This document shows, in pieces, positions 18,442 to 28,036 of a DNA stretch of 64,000 nucleotides (position 1 is its first letter; every line of letters begins with the position of its first letter). This stretch comes from an uncultured Acholeplasmatales bacterium (GTDB taxonomy: Bacteria > Bacillota_I > Bacilli_A > Acholeplasmatales > Anaeroplasmataceae), in contig CALUXJ010000001.1 of NCBI GenBank assembly GCA_944324725.1, positions 4,481 through 68,480 on the forward strand, written 5' to 3'. Position numbers and translations under genes: made by a program. The notes below the pieces were generated by a model. It was given only the letters and a program-made list of their open reading frames with translations. It had not been told where the DNA came from and searched no databases.

Positions 18442-19374
18442 ATGAAAAAAATACTTGGCTTAATAATATCAGTATTGGTATTAAGCTTTTCTCTAACAGC
18501 TTGTAAGGGCGATGATTCTTATACAGTAACATTTGAAAGCAATGGTGGTTCTACAGTTGCTAGTCAAACAATAAATGCTGGTGGTTTGGTTACTGAACCA
18601 GCTGATCCTACAAAGGATGGTTATAAATTTGCTAATTGGTACAGTGATAGTGCCTTAACTGATGAATGGAATTTTGCTAGTGATACGGTTAATAGCAATA
18701 TTACTCTTTATGCAAAATGGGAAGAAGAATACACTGGTTATATGGTTACTATTGTTGATGATGCAAATAAGCCAGTAAGTAATGTTATAGTTCAATGGTG
18801 TAATTCTGAAAAATGCTTTGGTGGCACGAGTTTTACGGATGCTAATGGTGTACTTAAAAATGCAAATTTAGCAGATGACACTTATAATGTTCATTTATTA
18901 AGAGGCGTTCCTGAAGGTTACGTTTATAATCCAAATGTTCAAACAACTCCTACTAATAAGCAAATTACTATTCAATTAGTCAAAGTTAATACTTTAGCTG
19001 GTGAAGGAACAGTTGCAAGCCCTTATACAGTTACACCTGGAGCTTATCAAATTGCTGTAGAAAGTATGTCTAGTCGAGCTTATTATTCATTTACTCCAAC
19101 CGAAGCTGGTACTTATGTTTTTGAATCTCATATTATGGCTTTACAAAATATGGAACCTCTTCAAATGATTATGGCAACTTATACAGATGGTACTTTCACT
19201 GAAGATGTTGAACTTATTGATGGTGGCGGTGTTGGTACTAATTTCAAGTACGAAGTAGAAGTAGCTGCAGCTGATGTAAATAAAACAATTTATTTCGTTA
19301 TTCAACCTAGTCAAGATCCTAAGCTTAATCAACATTTCCCAAATGAATTTTATTTTGATATAGTGAAAAAGTAA
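18442..19374 (+). CDS. Surface lipoprotein: one Flg_new repeat plus the prealbumin-like and PPC-like modules shared with 13601-15052
   Basis: Lipobox LTAC. GYKFANWYSDSALTDEWNFASDTVNSNITLYAKW, DDTYNVHLLRGVPEGYVYNPNV and YYSFTPTEAGTYVFES. Confidence 0.75.
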   Translation: MKKILGLIISVLVLSFSLTACKGDDSYTVTFESNGGSTVASQTINAGGLVTEPADPTKDGYKFANWYSDSALTDEWNFASDTVNSNITLYAKWEEEYTGYMVTIVDDANKPVSNVIVQWCNSEKCFGGTSFTDANGVLKNANLADDTYNVHLLRGVPEGYVYNPNVQTTPTNKQITIQLVKVNTLAGEGTVASPYTVTPGAYQIAVESMSSRAYYSFTPTEAGTYVFESHIMALQNMEPLQMIMATYTDGTFTEDVELIDGGGVGTNFKYEVEVAAADVNKTIYFVIQPSQDPKLNQHFPNEFYFDIVKK

Positions 19375-19383
19375 GAAATGTTG

Positions 19384-19389
19384 TATAAT
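19384..19389 (+). promoter_or_regulatory. -10 box candidate (TATAAT) inside the 17-mer AAATGTTGTATAATATA, which recurs upstream of pgk
   Basis: The identical 17-mer is found at 19376-19392 and 41496-41512, in both cases in an intergenic region ahead of a + strand gene. Confidence 0.35.
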
Positions 19390-19435
19390 ATAAAAGTCGT
19401 GATTTGTAAAATTTAATTCGTGAAGGAGGTTAAAT

Positions 19436-20518
19436 ATGCGAAAGTTTACATCGTTGTTGATGCTTTGCTTATTTAGCATTTTCTTATTGGCAAGTTGTAG
19501 TAAAAATGAAACAAGATCAGGTTATTGTGTTACCTTCCATCTTGAAGGAGCAACGTATCAACAAAGTGAAGAAATAAGGTATTATTACCCTAGCAATCCA
19601 GATGGCACTTTAATTTTCGAACCTAATGATTTAATTTCTTCCCCAACTGACAAAGTGGCTAAAAATGGTTATTATTTAGAAGGTTGGTATTTATCGACAG
19701 ATTTTAAGCCTACGGAAAAGTGGGATTTTGCTAAAGATAAATTAACAGCAGAAGGTTTAAATCTTTATGCTAATTGGAAATTAGAAACAGTCTATAAGTT
19801 TGCTGTTAAATCATTAATTGATGAAACAACATTAGGCGAATATACGGTTAGTGCTGGTGAAACATTTAATGATTATCTTCACTATGTAGATAATGTTGAA
19901 GGATATACATTTGTTGAATATCGAGATGAAGATGGTAATGTTATTGAAGAAGATGAATATGCTCACCCAGGTGGTGATGTAGATACAACAATCGATATTT
20001 ACGCTTATTTTATTGAGGGGGACTATACGATTGTCCGTTCTTATGATGATTTAGAAGATGCTATCAATCATAAAACAAACATTTATTTATATAATGATAT
20101 AGATTGTGATGGTGAAGATTTGGCATTTGGCGATTTTATTAATCGTATTTTCTTGGGTAATGGCCACACAATTTATGATTTTGGCTATAATGACCTTTTA
20201 AGTAGTGGTTTAGTAGATGGTATTAAATATATTAGCTTATTCAATACAATCGAAAATTCGACTATTAGTGATGTTTCTTTCATAGAAGGAACTATTACTT
20301 ATGGTAATTATACTAAAGTGAATGAAATTCACATTTATCCATGTGCTCTGTATATCAATGATTCAACAATAAATAACATAAAAATTACCTATTCTTTAAG
20401 TGTTTATGGTAATGATGCTAAAGAAAAAACAAATGAGCACTCTGATTTTGCAATAGAAAGTAATTGCGCGCAAAATATTACTAATGTTTCAATAGATAAA
20501 ATAAGTGAAAAGAGGTAA
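19436..20518 (+). CDS. Surface lipoprotein: Flg_new repeat(s) plus a GLUG-like/beta-helix-like C-terminal region
   Basis: GGAGG RBS. Lipobox LLASC. GYYLEGWYLSTDFKPTEKWDFAKDKLTAEGLNLYANW. FINRIFLGNGHTIYDF resembles the F.G.FDGNGHTI motif of GLUG domains. Confidence 0.7.
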   Translation: MRKFTSLLMLCLFSIFLLASCSKNETRSGYCVTFHLEGATYQQSEEIRYYYPSNPDGTLIFEPNDLISSPTDKVAKNGYYLEGWYLSTDFKPTEKWDFAKDKLTAEGLNLYANWKLETVYKFAVKSLIDETTLGEYTVSAGETFNDYLHYVDNVEGYTFVEYRDEDGNVIEEDEYAHPGGDVDTTIDIYAYFIEGDYTIVRSYDDLEDAINHKTNIYLYNDIDCDGEDLAFGDFINRIFLGNGHTIYDFGYNDLLSSGLVDGIKYISLFNTIENSTISDVSFIEGTITYGNYTKVNEIHIYPCALYINDSTINNIKITYSLSVYGNDAKEKTNEHSDFAIESNCAQNITNVSIDKISEKR

Positions 20519-20521
20519 AAC

Positions 20522-23182
20522 ATGAAAAAAGTATTGGAATCACTAATTTTAGCACCTTTGGCAGCCTTAGCTTTAGTTGGCTGTGCTAAGGAACAAACAA
20601 ATCCTGATGATGGAGGCACAAGTAATGGTGCTAATGAGACAACTCCACTAATCTTTTCTAGTGAAGAGGTAGATGGTGTATTTAACCCATTTTATTCTTC
20701 AACAAGTGCCGATAGTACGATTGTTGGTATGACTCAATTAAGTTTGATTGGTAATGATAAAAATGGTCAACCTATTTGTGGTGATGATGAAGCAGTAGTT
20801 GCCTATGATTATGATGTTGTAACAACAGGTACTGGTAGTAACCAAAAGACAACATATTATTTTGTTCTTAAAAATAATGTTAGGTTTTCTGATGGTTCAT
20901 TATTAACAATTAGAGATGTTTTATTCAATTTATATGAATATTTAGATCCAGCATACACAGGTTCAACTACTATCTATTCCACTGATATAGTTGGTTTACA
21001 AGAATATAGAACCCAAGAATCTGATGAAAATGAGCAAGATGATTTCAAAAAACGTTTTGAAAATAATGCTCAGACTCGAATCCAAAATTTACTATATGCT
21101 TATTATGAAGTTGTTGATGGCGAAATTTCTCCTAATTTTACAATTGATGAGTTTAGAGAAGCTCTTAAAGAAACAAGTTTTTACAATGATGGTAGTGAAG
21201 AGGGCTTGGAATTAATTGCTGATTATGATAAAGCATTAGAACTATTTGAAGAAGAATTAAATTCAGACTATAGTAATTCAGTTGACACTTATTCTGACTT
21301 TACTTTAGAGGGTGAAAATGGTAATGTCATCAAACCATTTACCACAGATGTAGAAATGTTCTTATATAATGAAGGATATTTGACATTTGATAAAAATGGT
21401 AATGATGGTAATGGTGAATTATCTTTCACTTGGGGTTCACCAGAAGATGCTAAAGATTACAGCAAAGAACAAGCTATAGAAGCAATTTATAATGATATTG
21501 TACCTAATCAGTTAGACCAAGTAATCCAATATTGGGCTACTGCTACTGATTTATTTACATATTTAACTAATGTCGAAATGGAAAAATATTTTTCTAGTTT
21601 AGATACTGATTTGGAATTCCCAAATATTTCTGGTATTAAATTTGCTAACAAAGATACCGTTGTAACAGTTAATGGCGAGGAATATGATAAGGTAGAATAT
21701 GAAGAAGATGGTATAACACCAAAAGAAGGATATAATGAAGTTTTATCAATTGAGATTAATGGTGTTGACCCTAAGGCTATTTGGAACTTTGCATTTCCTG
21801 TAGCACCAATGTATTACTATTCCTCAACTGATTATAATGGAAAGAATTATATTGATTCTTTTGATTTTGAATCTAATTTTGGCGTAGAATATAATTCCCA
21901 AAGCTTCCAAGAAGATGTAATTAAAGATTCAAATAAGATTGGCGTTCCAGTTGGCGCAGGTGCTTACATGGCAAGTAAGGCTTCAGGTGGAACTGATAAT
22001 GTTACTAGTGGAGATTTCTTAGAGAACAATGTTATTTATTTTGAAAGGAATCCATATTTTGTAATGGGTAAACCTATTATCAATAAGATTCGTTATACTG
22101 TTGTTTCTACAACTCAAATGATTAACTCTTTAAGTACTGGTGCCATTGATTATGTAACACCAAACTCAACAACTGATAACAAAGAAGAACTTGAAGCTTT
22201 GAAAGAGCAAGGTAAGCAAATCAATTATAAGACTGTACAAAGTTTAGGTTATGGTTATATTGGCGTTAATGCTACATATGTTCCAACCCTAGAAGTAAGA
22301 CAGGCAATAATGCATGCTATTGACACTTCTTTAACTGTTAATTATTATGGCGGTAGTGCAAAACCAATTTATCGTGGTATGTCATTATCAAGCTGGGCTT
22401 ATCCACAAGGAGCAACAGCCTACTATCCATTTATTGGTGGTAGAATTCCATCTAACTTATCAATAGTAAATCCATTCTATGCTGATTTTGTTGAGGAAAA
22501 GGGTAAATCTGCTGGTGATACTTTCACAGAAGCAGAACAAATAGAATTCATTAAGTCTCTAGTTGAGAGTGCTGGTTATTCAATTGGTGGCGATGGTGTT
22601 TATCGTGATTCTAATGGTAATGTATTAAGATATACATTTACAATTGCTGGCAGTGAAACTGAGCACCCTGCTTTCAGTGCTTTTAATAAAGCAGCTACTT
22701 TATTAAATAAATGTGGTTTTGATGTTGAGGCTAAAAATGATGCCAATGCATTAAAGAAGTTAAATAATGGTAGTTTAGCTGTTTGGGCTGCTGCTTGGAG
22801 TAGTACAATTGATCCAGATATGTATCAAGTTTATCATAAAGATTCTACAGCTGGTTCTGTTAAAAACTGGGGTTATAATACTATCCTAGCTAATACTGGT
22901 GGTAGATTTGATAGAGAAAATAGCATTCTTGATGATTTATCAGAAAAGATTGAAGAAGCAAGAGAGACTAATGTTCAATCTGAAAGAGCATTAATTTATT
23001 CTGATGCCCTTGATTTAGTAATGCAACTAGCCGTTGAACTTCCATGTTATCAACGTGATGATTTATTTGCTTATAATACAGCTAAATTAGATGAATCTTC
23101 TTTATTGTCTGATGATGAAGTTTCATCATTCATAAGCTATACGAATAAAATTTGGAATATAAGATTAAATGAAGCACAATAA
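20522..23182 (+). CDS. oppA: Oligopeptide ABC transporter substrate-binding lipoprotein (family 5 SBP), unusually large at 886 aa
   Basis: Lipobox LVGC. VRFSDGSLLTIRDVLFNLYEYLDP is a typical SBP_bac_5 motif. Located upstream of oppBCDF. An insert of about 230 aa lies between the first SBP motif and ISGIKFANKD. Confidence 0.85.
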   Translation: MKKVLESLILAPLAALALVGCAKEQTNPDDGGTSNGANETTPLIFSSEEVDGVFNPFYSSTSADSTIVGMTQLSLIGNDKNGQPICGDDEAVVAYDYDVVTTGTGSNQKTTYYFVLKNNVRFSDGSLLTIRDVLFNLYEYLDPAYTGSTTIYSTDIVGLQEYRTQESDENEQDDFKKRFENNAQTRIQNLLYAYYEVVDGEISPNFTIDEFREALKETSFYNDGSEEGLELIADYDKALELFEEELNSDYSNSVDTYSDFTLEGENGNVIKPFTTDVEMFLYNEGYLTFDKNGNDGNGELSFTWGSPEDAKDYSKEQAIEAIYNDIVPNQLDQVIQYWATATDLFTYLTNVEMEKYFSSLDTDLEFPNISGIKFANKDTVVTVNGEEYDKVEYEEDGITPKEGYNEVLSIEINGVDPKAIWNFAFPVAPMYYYSSTDYNGKNYIDSFDFESNFGVEYNSQSFQEDVIKDSNKIGVPVGAGAYMASKASGGTDNVTSGDFLENNVIYFERNPYFVMGKPIINKIRYTVVSTTQMINSLSTGAIDYVTPNSTTDNKEELEALKEQGKQINYKTVQSLGYGYIGVNATYVPTLEVRQAIMHAIDTSLTVNYYGGSAKPIYRGMSLSSWAYPQGATAYYPFIGGRIPSNLSIVNPFYADFVEEKGKSAGDTFTEAEQIEFIKSLVESAGYSIGGDGVYRDSNGNVLRYTFTIAGSETEHPAFSAFNKAATLLNKCGFDVEAKNDANALKKLNNGSLAVWAAAWSSTIDPDMYQVYHKDSTAGSVKNWGYNTILANTGGRFDRENSILDDLSEKIEEARETNVQSERALIYSDALDLVMQLAVELPCYQRDDLFAYNTAKLDESSLLSDDEVSSFISYTNKIWNIRLNEAQ

Positions 23183-23183
23183 T

Positions 23184-23207
23184 AGGGACCTTTTTGGTCC
23201 CTTTATT
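23184..23207 (+). terminator. Hairpin between oppA and oppB (a possible partial terminator that would favour oppA transcript excess)
   Basis: AGGGACC-TTTTT-GGTCCCT followed by TTATT. Confidence 0.6.
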
Positions 23208-23233
23208 GGAAAAAAATAGTGGAGGGATAATAG

Positions 23234-24241
23234 ATGATTAAATATATCATCAAACGATTGCTAGTTTCCCTAATTGTATTATTTGGGGTTTCTGTTTTAA
23301 TATATACCTTGGTTAGAATGATGCCTAATGATTATATTGATAATAAATATCATGAACAATTATTAATTGGCACAGTTTCTCAAGAGCAAATTGATGCATT
23401 TAAAGCTTTATATGGCTTAAATGATAATAGTTTTTTTGGTATTGTTAAAGGTTATTTAAACTGGCTTGGTAATGCACTTAGAGGTGATTTAGGAATTTCT
23501 TTTAAATATGAAAAAAAAGTAGCGGATGTTATCACTACTAATATGTGGACTTCATTTACAATAGCTTTAATTGCAACAATTTTACAATTTTTAATTGCTA
23601 TTCCGTTAGGTATTTCTAGTGCTACCCATCAGTATTCTGTACGTGATTATACAGTTACGGTTTTAACAATGATTGGTATTTCTTTACCAACATATTTCTT
23701 AGCGGCTATTGTCGTTAAGATTTTCTCAGTTGATTTGGGATGGTTCCCTAATAGTGGTCTAGTTGATCCTAGTGCAACCTACCCGGACACAATAGCTGGT
23801 TGGTTTGCTGAGTTAGGTGATAAGATTCATCACTTGGTACTACCGATATTTGTATCAGTTATTTTGTCAATTGGTGGTTTAATGCGTTATACTAGAACAA
23901 ATATGCTTGAGGTATTAAATGCCGATTATATTAGAACTGCTCGGGCTAAAGGCTTATCTGAACGTAAAGTAATTTATAAGCATGCCTTTAGAAATACATT
24001 AATTCCGCTTGTCACTATCTTGGCTGGTATTTTGCCATCTTTATTTGGTGGTATGATGATAACGGAACAAGTATTTGGTATTAATGGTATTGGTCGTTTG
24101 GCTTACACGGCTCTACAAGATGGCGATATTCCATTTGTTATGGGTTACAATATGTTCTTAGCGGTTTTGACAGTTATTGGTACATTACTATCTGATTTAA
24201 TGTATTCAATCGTTGACCCACGGGTAAATTTGAGTAAGTAG
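23234..24241 (+). CDS. oppB: Oligopeptide ABC transporter permease
   Basis: N-terminus MIKYIIKRLLVSLIVLFGVSVLIY, and ADYIRTARAKGLSERKVIYKHAFRN (EAA loop), are typical of DppB/OppB. Confidence 0.92.
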   Translation: MIKYIIKRLLVSLIVLFGVSVLIYTLVRMMPNDYIDNKYHEQLLIGTVSQEQIDAFKALYGLNDNSFFGIVKGYLNWLGNALRGDLGISFKYEKKVADVITTNMWTSFTIALIATILQFLIAIPLGISSATHQYSVRDYTVTVLTMIGISLPTYFLAAIVVKIFSVDLGWFPNSGLVDPSATYPDTIAGWFAELGDKIHHLVLPIFVSVILSIGGLMRYTRTNMLEVLNADYIRTARAKGLSERKVIYKHAFRNTLIPLVTILAGILPSLFGGMMITEQVFGINGIGRLAYTALQDGDIPFVMGYNMFLAVLTVIGTLLSDLMYSIVDPRVNLSK

Positions 24242-24249
24242 GTGAGTTT

Positions 24250-25314
24250 ATGAATACTGAATTAATTGCAGATGAAGAAAAGATTGAAACTGAAGTAGCG
24301 CAAGATGAAGCTACCTCAGAAGTTTTTGAAGAAGAAACTCACTACAAGCAAATGAGTCCAATCAAATTAGTTTTGCGACGTTTTTTCCGTTCTCGCTTAT
24401 CTATTGTTGGATTAGTAATGATAGTATTATTGTTTTTGTTTAGCTTTGTGGGTCCATTAATTTATACCAAATGGGGTGAAACAACCGTAGATTATACACC
24501 TAGTGTGGATGTGGTTGAAAAATCCTACGAAATGGAAGTGGATGGAGTTACAATAACTATTTATGAACAAGTAGATGTTGTTAAGTCCATTAATTCTAAA
24601 GCTTGGCCAAGTTGGGATCACTTACTTGGCACAGATAGTTATGGTATGGATATTTTCTCCCGTTTAATGTATGGTGGTAGAATATCTTTATCTATCGGTT
24701 TTATAGTTGTTATTTTGGAGACTATTTTAGGTATAATTATTGGCGGTATAGCGGGCTATTTTGGTAAATGGGTCGATCAAGTATTAATGAGAATAGTTGA
24801 TATATTTAACTGTATTCCTACTTTACCAATTTTGTTGATTGCTTCAGCTTTGCTAGATGCAAGAGATGTTCCAGGTTCAATGCGTATCTATTACTTAATG
24901 ATTATAATAACCATTTTTGGTTGGTCTGGAACGGCGCGTTTAGTTAGAGGGCAAATTTTAAGTTTAAGAGAACAAGAATATATTACTGCCACCGAGGTAA
25001 TGGGATTACCAGTTTGGCGTAAAATATTTAAACATTTAATTCCTAATGTTATGCCACAGTTAATTGTTTCTATGACTCTAGGTTTAGGTAGTGTCATTCT
25101 TTATGAATCAACCTTAAGTTTCTTAGGTCTAGGTGTACAATTACCTTATGCAGCTTGGGGTACAATGATTTCCGCATCTAATGATCCAGTTGTTTTAGCA
25201 AATTATCCATTTATTTGGTTACCAGCTGGTTTCATGATAGTACTTGCAGTTTTAGGCTTTAACTTTGTTGGTGATGGCTTAAGAGATGCGATGGATCCTA
25301 AATCAAAGAAGTAG
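24250..25314 (+). CDS. oppC: Oligopeptide ABC transporter permease
   Basis: HLLGTDSYGMDIFSRLMYGGRISL and EQEYITATEVMGLPVWRKIFKHLIPN are typical of OppC/DppC. Confidence 0.92.
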   Translation: MNTELIADEEKIETEVAQDEATSEVFEEETHYKQMSPIKLVLRRFFRSRLSIVGLVMIVLLFLFSFVGPLIYTKWGETTVDYTPSVDVVEKSYEMEVDGVTITIYEQVDVVKSINSKAWPSWDHLLGTDSYGMDIFSRLMYGGRISLSIGFIVVILETILGIIIGGIAGYFGKWVDQVLMRIVDIFNCIPTLPILLIASALLDARDVPGSMRIYYLMIIITIFGWSGTARLVRGQILSLREQEYITATEVMGLPVWRKIFKHLIPNVMPQLIVSMTLGLGSVILYESTLSFLGLGVQLPYAAWGTMISASNDPVVLANYPFIWLPAGFMIVLAVLGFNFVGDGLRDAMDPKSKK

Positions 25315-25323
25315 GTGGTTGAG

Positions 25324-26505
25324 ATGAAAAAAAAGAAAAATAAAGGCAATTACCTTACTTTGAAAGAAAGTCGTCAAATAATTAAACATAATATTAAACA
25401 AATGAAATATTATGAAAAATTAAAGAAGGCCAATGTTAATCCTGAAGTTTATACAACGACTATGCATGATCCTAATAATGTTGTAGAAATTGAAAATTTA
25501 CATACAGTATTCTTTACAGATAATGGTACGGTTAATTCTGTTAATGGTGTATCTTTTAATATTCCAAAAAACAAGGTTGTCGGTGTAGTTGGTGAATCTG
25601 GTTGCGGTAAAAGTGTTACTTCTCTATCAATTATGCAACTAGTTCAATCTCCGCAAGGTCAAATTGTTGGAGGTCAAATTAGATTTAATACAGATGATTT
25701 GGGCTATGATGATAAAGGTAATAAGTTAGCTTATGATATTACTAAAATGTCAACCAAGGATATGTACAAGATTAGGGGTAAGGATATCACAATGATTTTC
25801 CAAGAACCAATGACATCTTTAAATCCTATTTTTACGATTGGTTATCAACTAGATGAAGTTATGTTCATTCACTCTCCTAATATGTCCAAGGAAGAAGTAA
25901 AACAACATAGTATTGATATGCTTATTAAAGTTGGTATATCAATGCCAGAACGTACTTATAATTCTTATCCACATGAATTATCTGGTGGTATGCGGCAAAG
26001 AGTTATGATAGCTATGGCTTTAGCTGGTAGTCCAAAACTAATTATTGCTGATGAACCAACTACTGCACTAGATGTTACTATTCAAGCTCAAATTCTTGAT
26101 CTTTTGAAGAGTATTCAAAAGGAAATTGGCTGTTCTATTATGCTAATTACTCATGATTTAGGAGTAATTGCCGAAATGGCTGATGAGGTAATTGTTATGT
26201 ATGCTGGTCGGGTTATTGAACGAGGAACGGTTAGGGAAATTTTTAATAATCCTAAACATCCGTATACGATTGGTTTGCAAAAATCTAAACCACTTATTAA
26301 TTCAAATGTTAATGAGCCACTTTATTCTATTCCTGGTCAAGTACCAAACCCAATTAATATGCCTAATCATTGCTTCTTTAAATCTAGATGTGATAAATGC
26401 ATAGCTAAATGCAATGGGGAATATCCAGGAGAAATTAAAATTAGTGATACTCATTACGTATCATGTTATTTATATGATAAGGGGGAAAATGTAGATGGAA
26501 AATAA
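25324..26505 (+). CDS. oppD: Oligopeptide ABC transporter ATPase with a Lys-rich N-terminal extension of about 50 aa
   Basis: Walker A GESGCGKS, signature LSGGMRQR, Walker [13 protein letters not shown], and the C-terminal oligo_HPY region (HPYTIGL). The start is set at ATG 25324 (AGGTGG RBS) rather than GTG 25315. Confidence 0.9.
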   Translation: MKKKKNKGNYLTLKESRQIIKHNIKQMKYYEKLKKANVNPEVYTTTMHDPNNVVEIENLHTVFFTDNGTVNSVNGVSFNIPKNKVVGVVGESGCGKSVTSLSIMQLVQSPQGQIVGGQIRFNTDDLGYDDKGNKLAYDITKMSTKDMYKIRGKDITMIFQEPMTSLNPIFTIGYQLDEVMFIHSPNMSKEEVKQHSIDMLIKVGISMPERTYNSYPHELSGGMRQRVMIAMALAGSPKLIIADEPTTALDVTIQAQILDLLKSIQKEIGCSIMLITHDLGVIAEMADEVIVMYAGRVIERGTVREIFNNPKHPYTIGLQKSKPLINSNVNEPLYSIPGQVPNPINMPNHCFFKSRCDKCIAKCNGEYPGEIKISDTHYVSCYLYDKGENVDGK

Positions 26506-28036
26506 GAAAATTCTTGAAGTTAAAAACATCAAATTATATTTTCCTCTTAATAAGAATTTATTAGGTAAACCACGGCAATTCTTAAGAGCTGTTGATGATA
26601 TTAGCTTTAATTTAAATGTGGGAGAAACAATCGGGGTTGTTGGTGAATCTGGTTGTGGTAAGACTACTTTAGGTAGAACAATTTTAAGACTTTATAATCC
26701 AACTGGTGGTAAAGCTATTTATTATGGCCGTGATGTTGAAGAGTTTTTACCAAGCTATTACATTAAAGCTATTAAACGTTTACCTCTTTATAAGATGTTA
26801 ATTGAGAAACGTCTCCAAAAAGATATGGCTAATCAGGCTGAGGGAAAAAATGATTTTATTGATGAGATTATTAATAAATCTGCTGAAATTACCGGAGCCT
26901 TAATACTTAGTTCAAATATTAATGAAATCAAACATTTATTATTAAGAAAAATAAAATTACATAGACAAATTGTTAAATTAAATAATAAAATTATTGATTT
27001 AAGTTATAAAAATAATACAGAAGAAAAAGTGGCTGAATTAAAGGAAAAAGTAGTTAATTTAGATAATGAATATAAAACTGTTTTGGTTGAAATAGAAAAT
27101 ATTAAAGCCACAATTAAAAAAGAAAACCCGCAACAATATGATGAATTAGAAGGAAAAATGGATAGAGGTATTAATTTAGGAAAATTAAAACCTAATGAAA
27201 TGCGTAAACTGCGGGTTGATATCCAGCTTGTTTTCCAAGATCCATATTCTTCATTACCACCAAGAATGACTGTTGGTAGTATTATTAGCGAAGCTGTTAA
27301 GGTTCACCATATTGTTCCTAAAGCTGAAGTTTTTGATTATGTTATTAACATAATGAAACAATGTGGTCTACAAGAACAATTCTATGATCGTTATCCTCAT
27401 GAATTTAGTGGTGGCCAACGTCAAAGAATTTGTATTGCAAGAGCTTTAGCTGTAAAACCTAAATTAATAATTTGTGATGAGCCAGTTAGTGCACTAGATG
27501 TATCAATTCAAGCTCAAATTATTAATTTGTTGAAAAATTTACAAAATACACTAGGCTTAACTTATATTTTTATTTCGCATGATTTATCAGTTGTTAAGTA
27601 TATCACTAATAAAATATTAGTTATGTATCTAGGAAACTTAATGGAATATGCCGATACGGAAAAACTATTTGCTAATCCATTGCATCCATATACCGAAGCT
27701 TTGTTCTCCGCAGTTCCTAATCCTGATCCGGATGCAAAAATGAATCGTATCATTTTAAATGGCTATATTCCGTCACCTGCTAATCCACCTAAGGGTTGCA
27801 AATTTAATACACGTTGTCCTAAAGCGATGATGATTTGTAAATTCTTGCCACCTAAGATGTTAGAAGTAGAAGAAAAACATTACGTATGTTGTCATTTATG
27901 TGATCAGGAAGTATTAGCTAAGCGAGCTGAGTTAGAAGCTAATTATGAAAAAGAACAACAGGCTTTAGCCATAGCTGAAGCGGAAAAAGAAGCTACTAAA
28001 AAGGGCTTCTTAAAAAAGAAAGTTGTCAAGAAATAG
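26495..28036 (+). CDS. oppF: Oligopeptide ABC transporter ATPase carrying a coiled-coil-like insertion of about 150 aa and a Lys-rich tail
   Basis: Walker A GESGCGKTT (aa 50-58), Q-loop VFQDP only at aa 246-250, signature FSGGQRQR, Walker B LIICDEPVSALD, HPYT motif. 513 aa in total. Confidence 0.9.
   Translation: MENKKILEVKNIKLYFPLNKNLLGKPRQFLRAVDDISFNLNVGETIGVVGESGCGKTTLGRTILRLYNPTGGKAIYYGRDVEEFLPSYYIKAIKRLPLYKMLIEKRLQKDMANQAEGKNDFIDEIINKSAEITGALILSSNINEIKHLLLRKIKLHRQIVKLNNKIIDLSYKNNTEEKVAELKEKVVNLDNEYKTVLVEIENIKATIKKENPQQYDELEGKMDRGINLGKLKPNEMRKLRVDIQLVFQDPYSSLPPRMTVGSIISEAVKVHHIVPKAEVFDYVINIMKQCGLQEQFYDRYPHEFSGGQRQRICIARALAVKPKLIICDEPVSALDVSIQAQIINLLKNLQNTLGLTYIFISHDLSVVKYITNKILVMYLGNLMEYADTEKLFANPLHPYTEALFSAVPNPDPDAKMNRIILNGYIPSPANPPKGCKFNTRCPKAMMICKFLPPKMLEVEEKHYVCCHLCDQEVLAKRAELEANYEKEQQALAIAEAEKEATKKGFLKKKVVKK

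Noticed and set aside
19141-19479. 112-aa minus-strand ORF spanning the 19375-19435 intergenic region.
   Set aside because: It overlaps the 3' end of one lipoprotein gene and the 5' end of the next, as well as the promoter and RBS of the latter. It has I/F/N-rich composition and no RBS.
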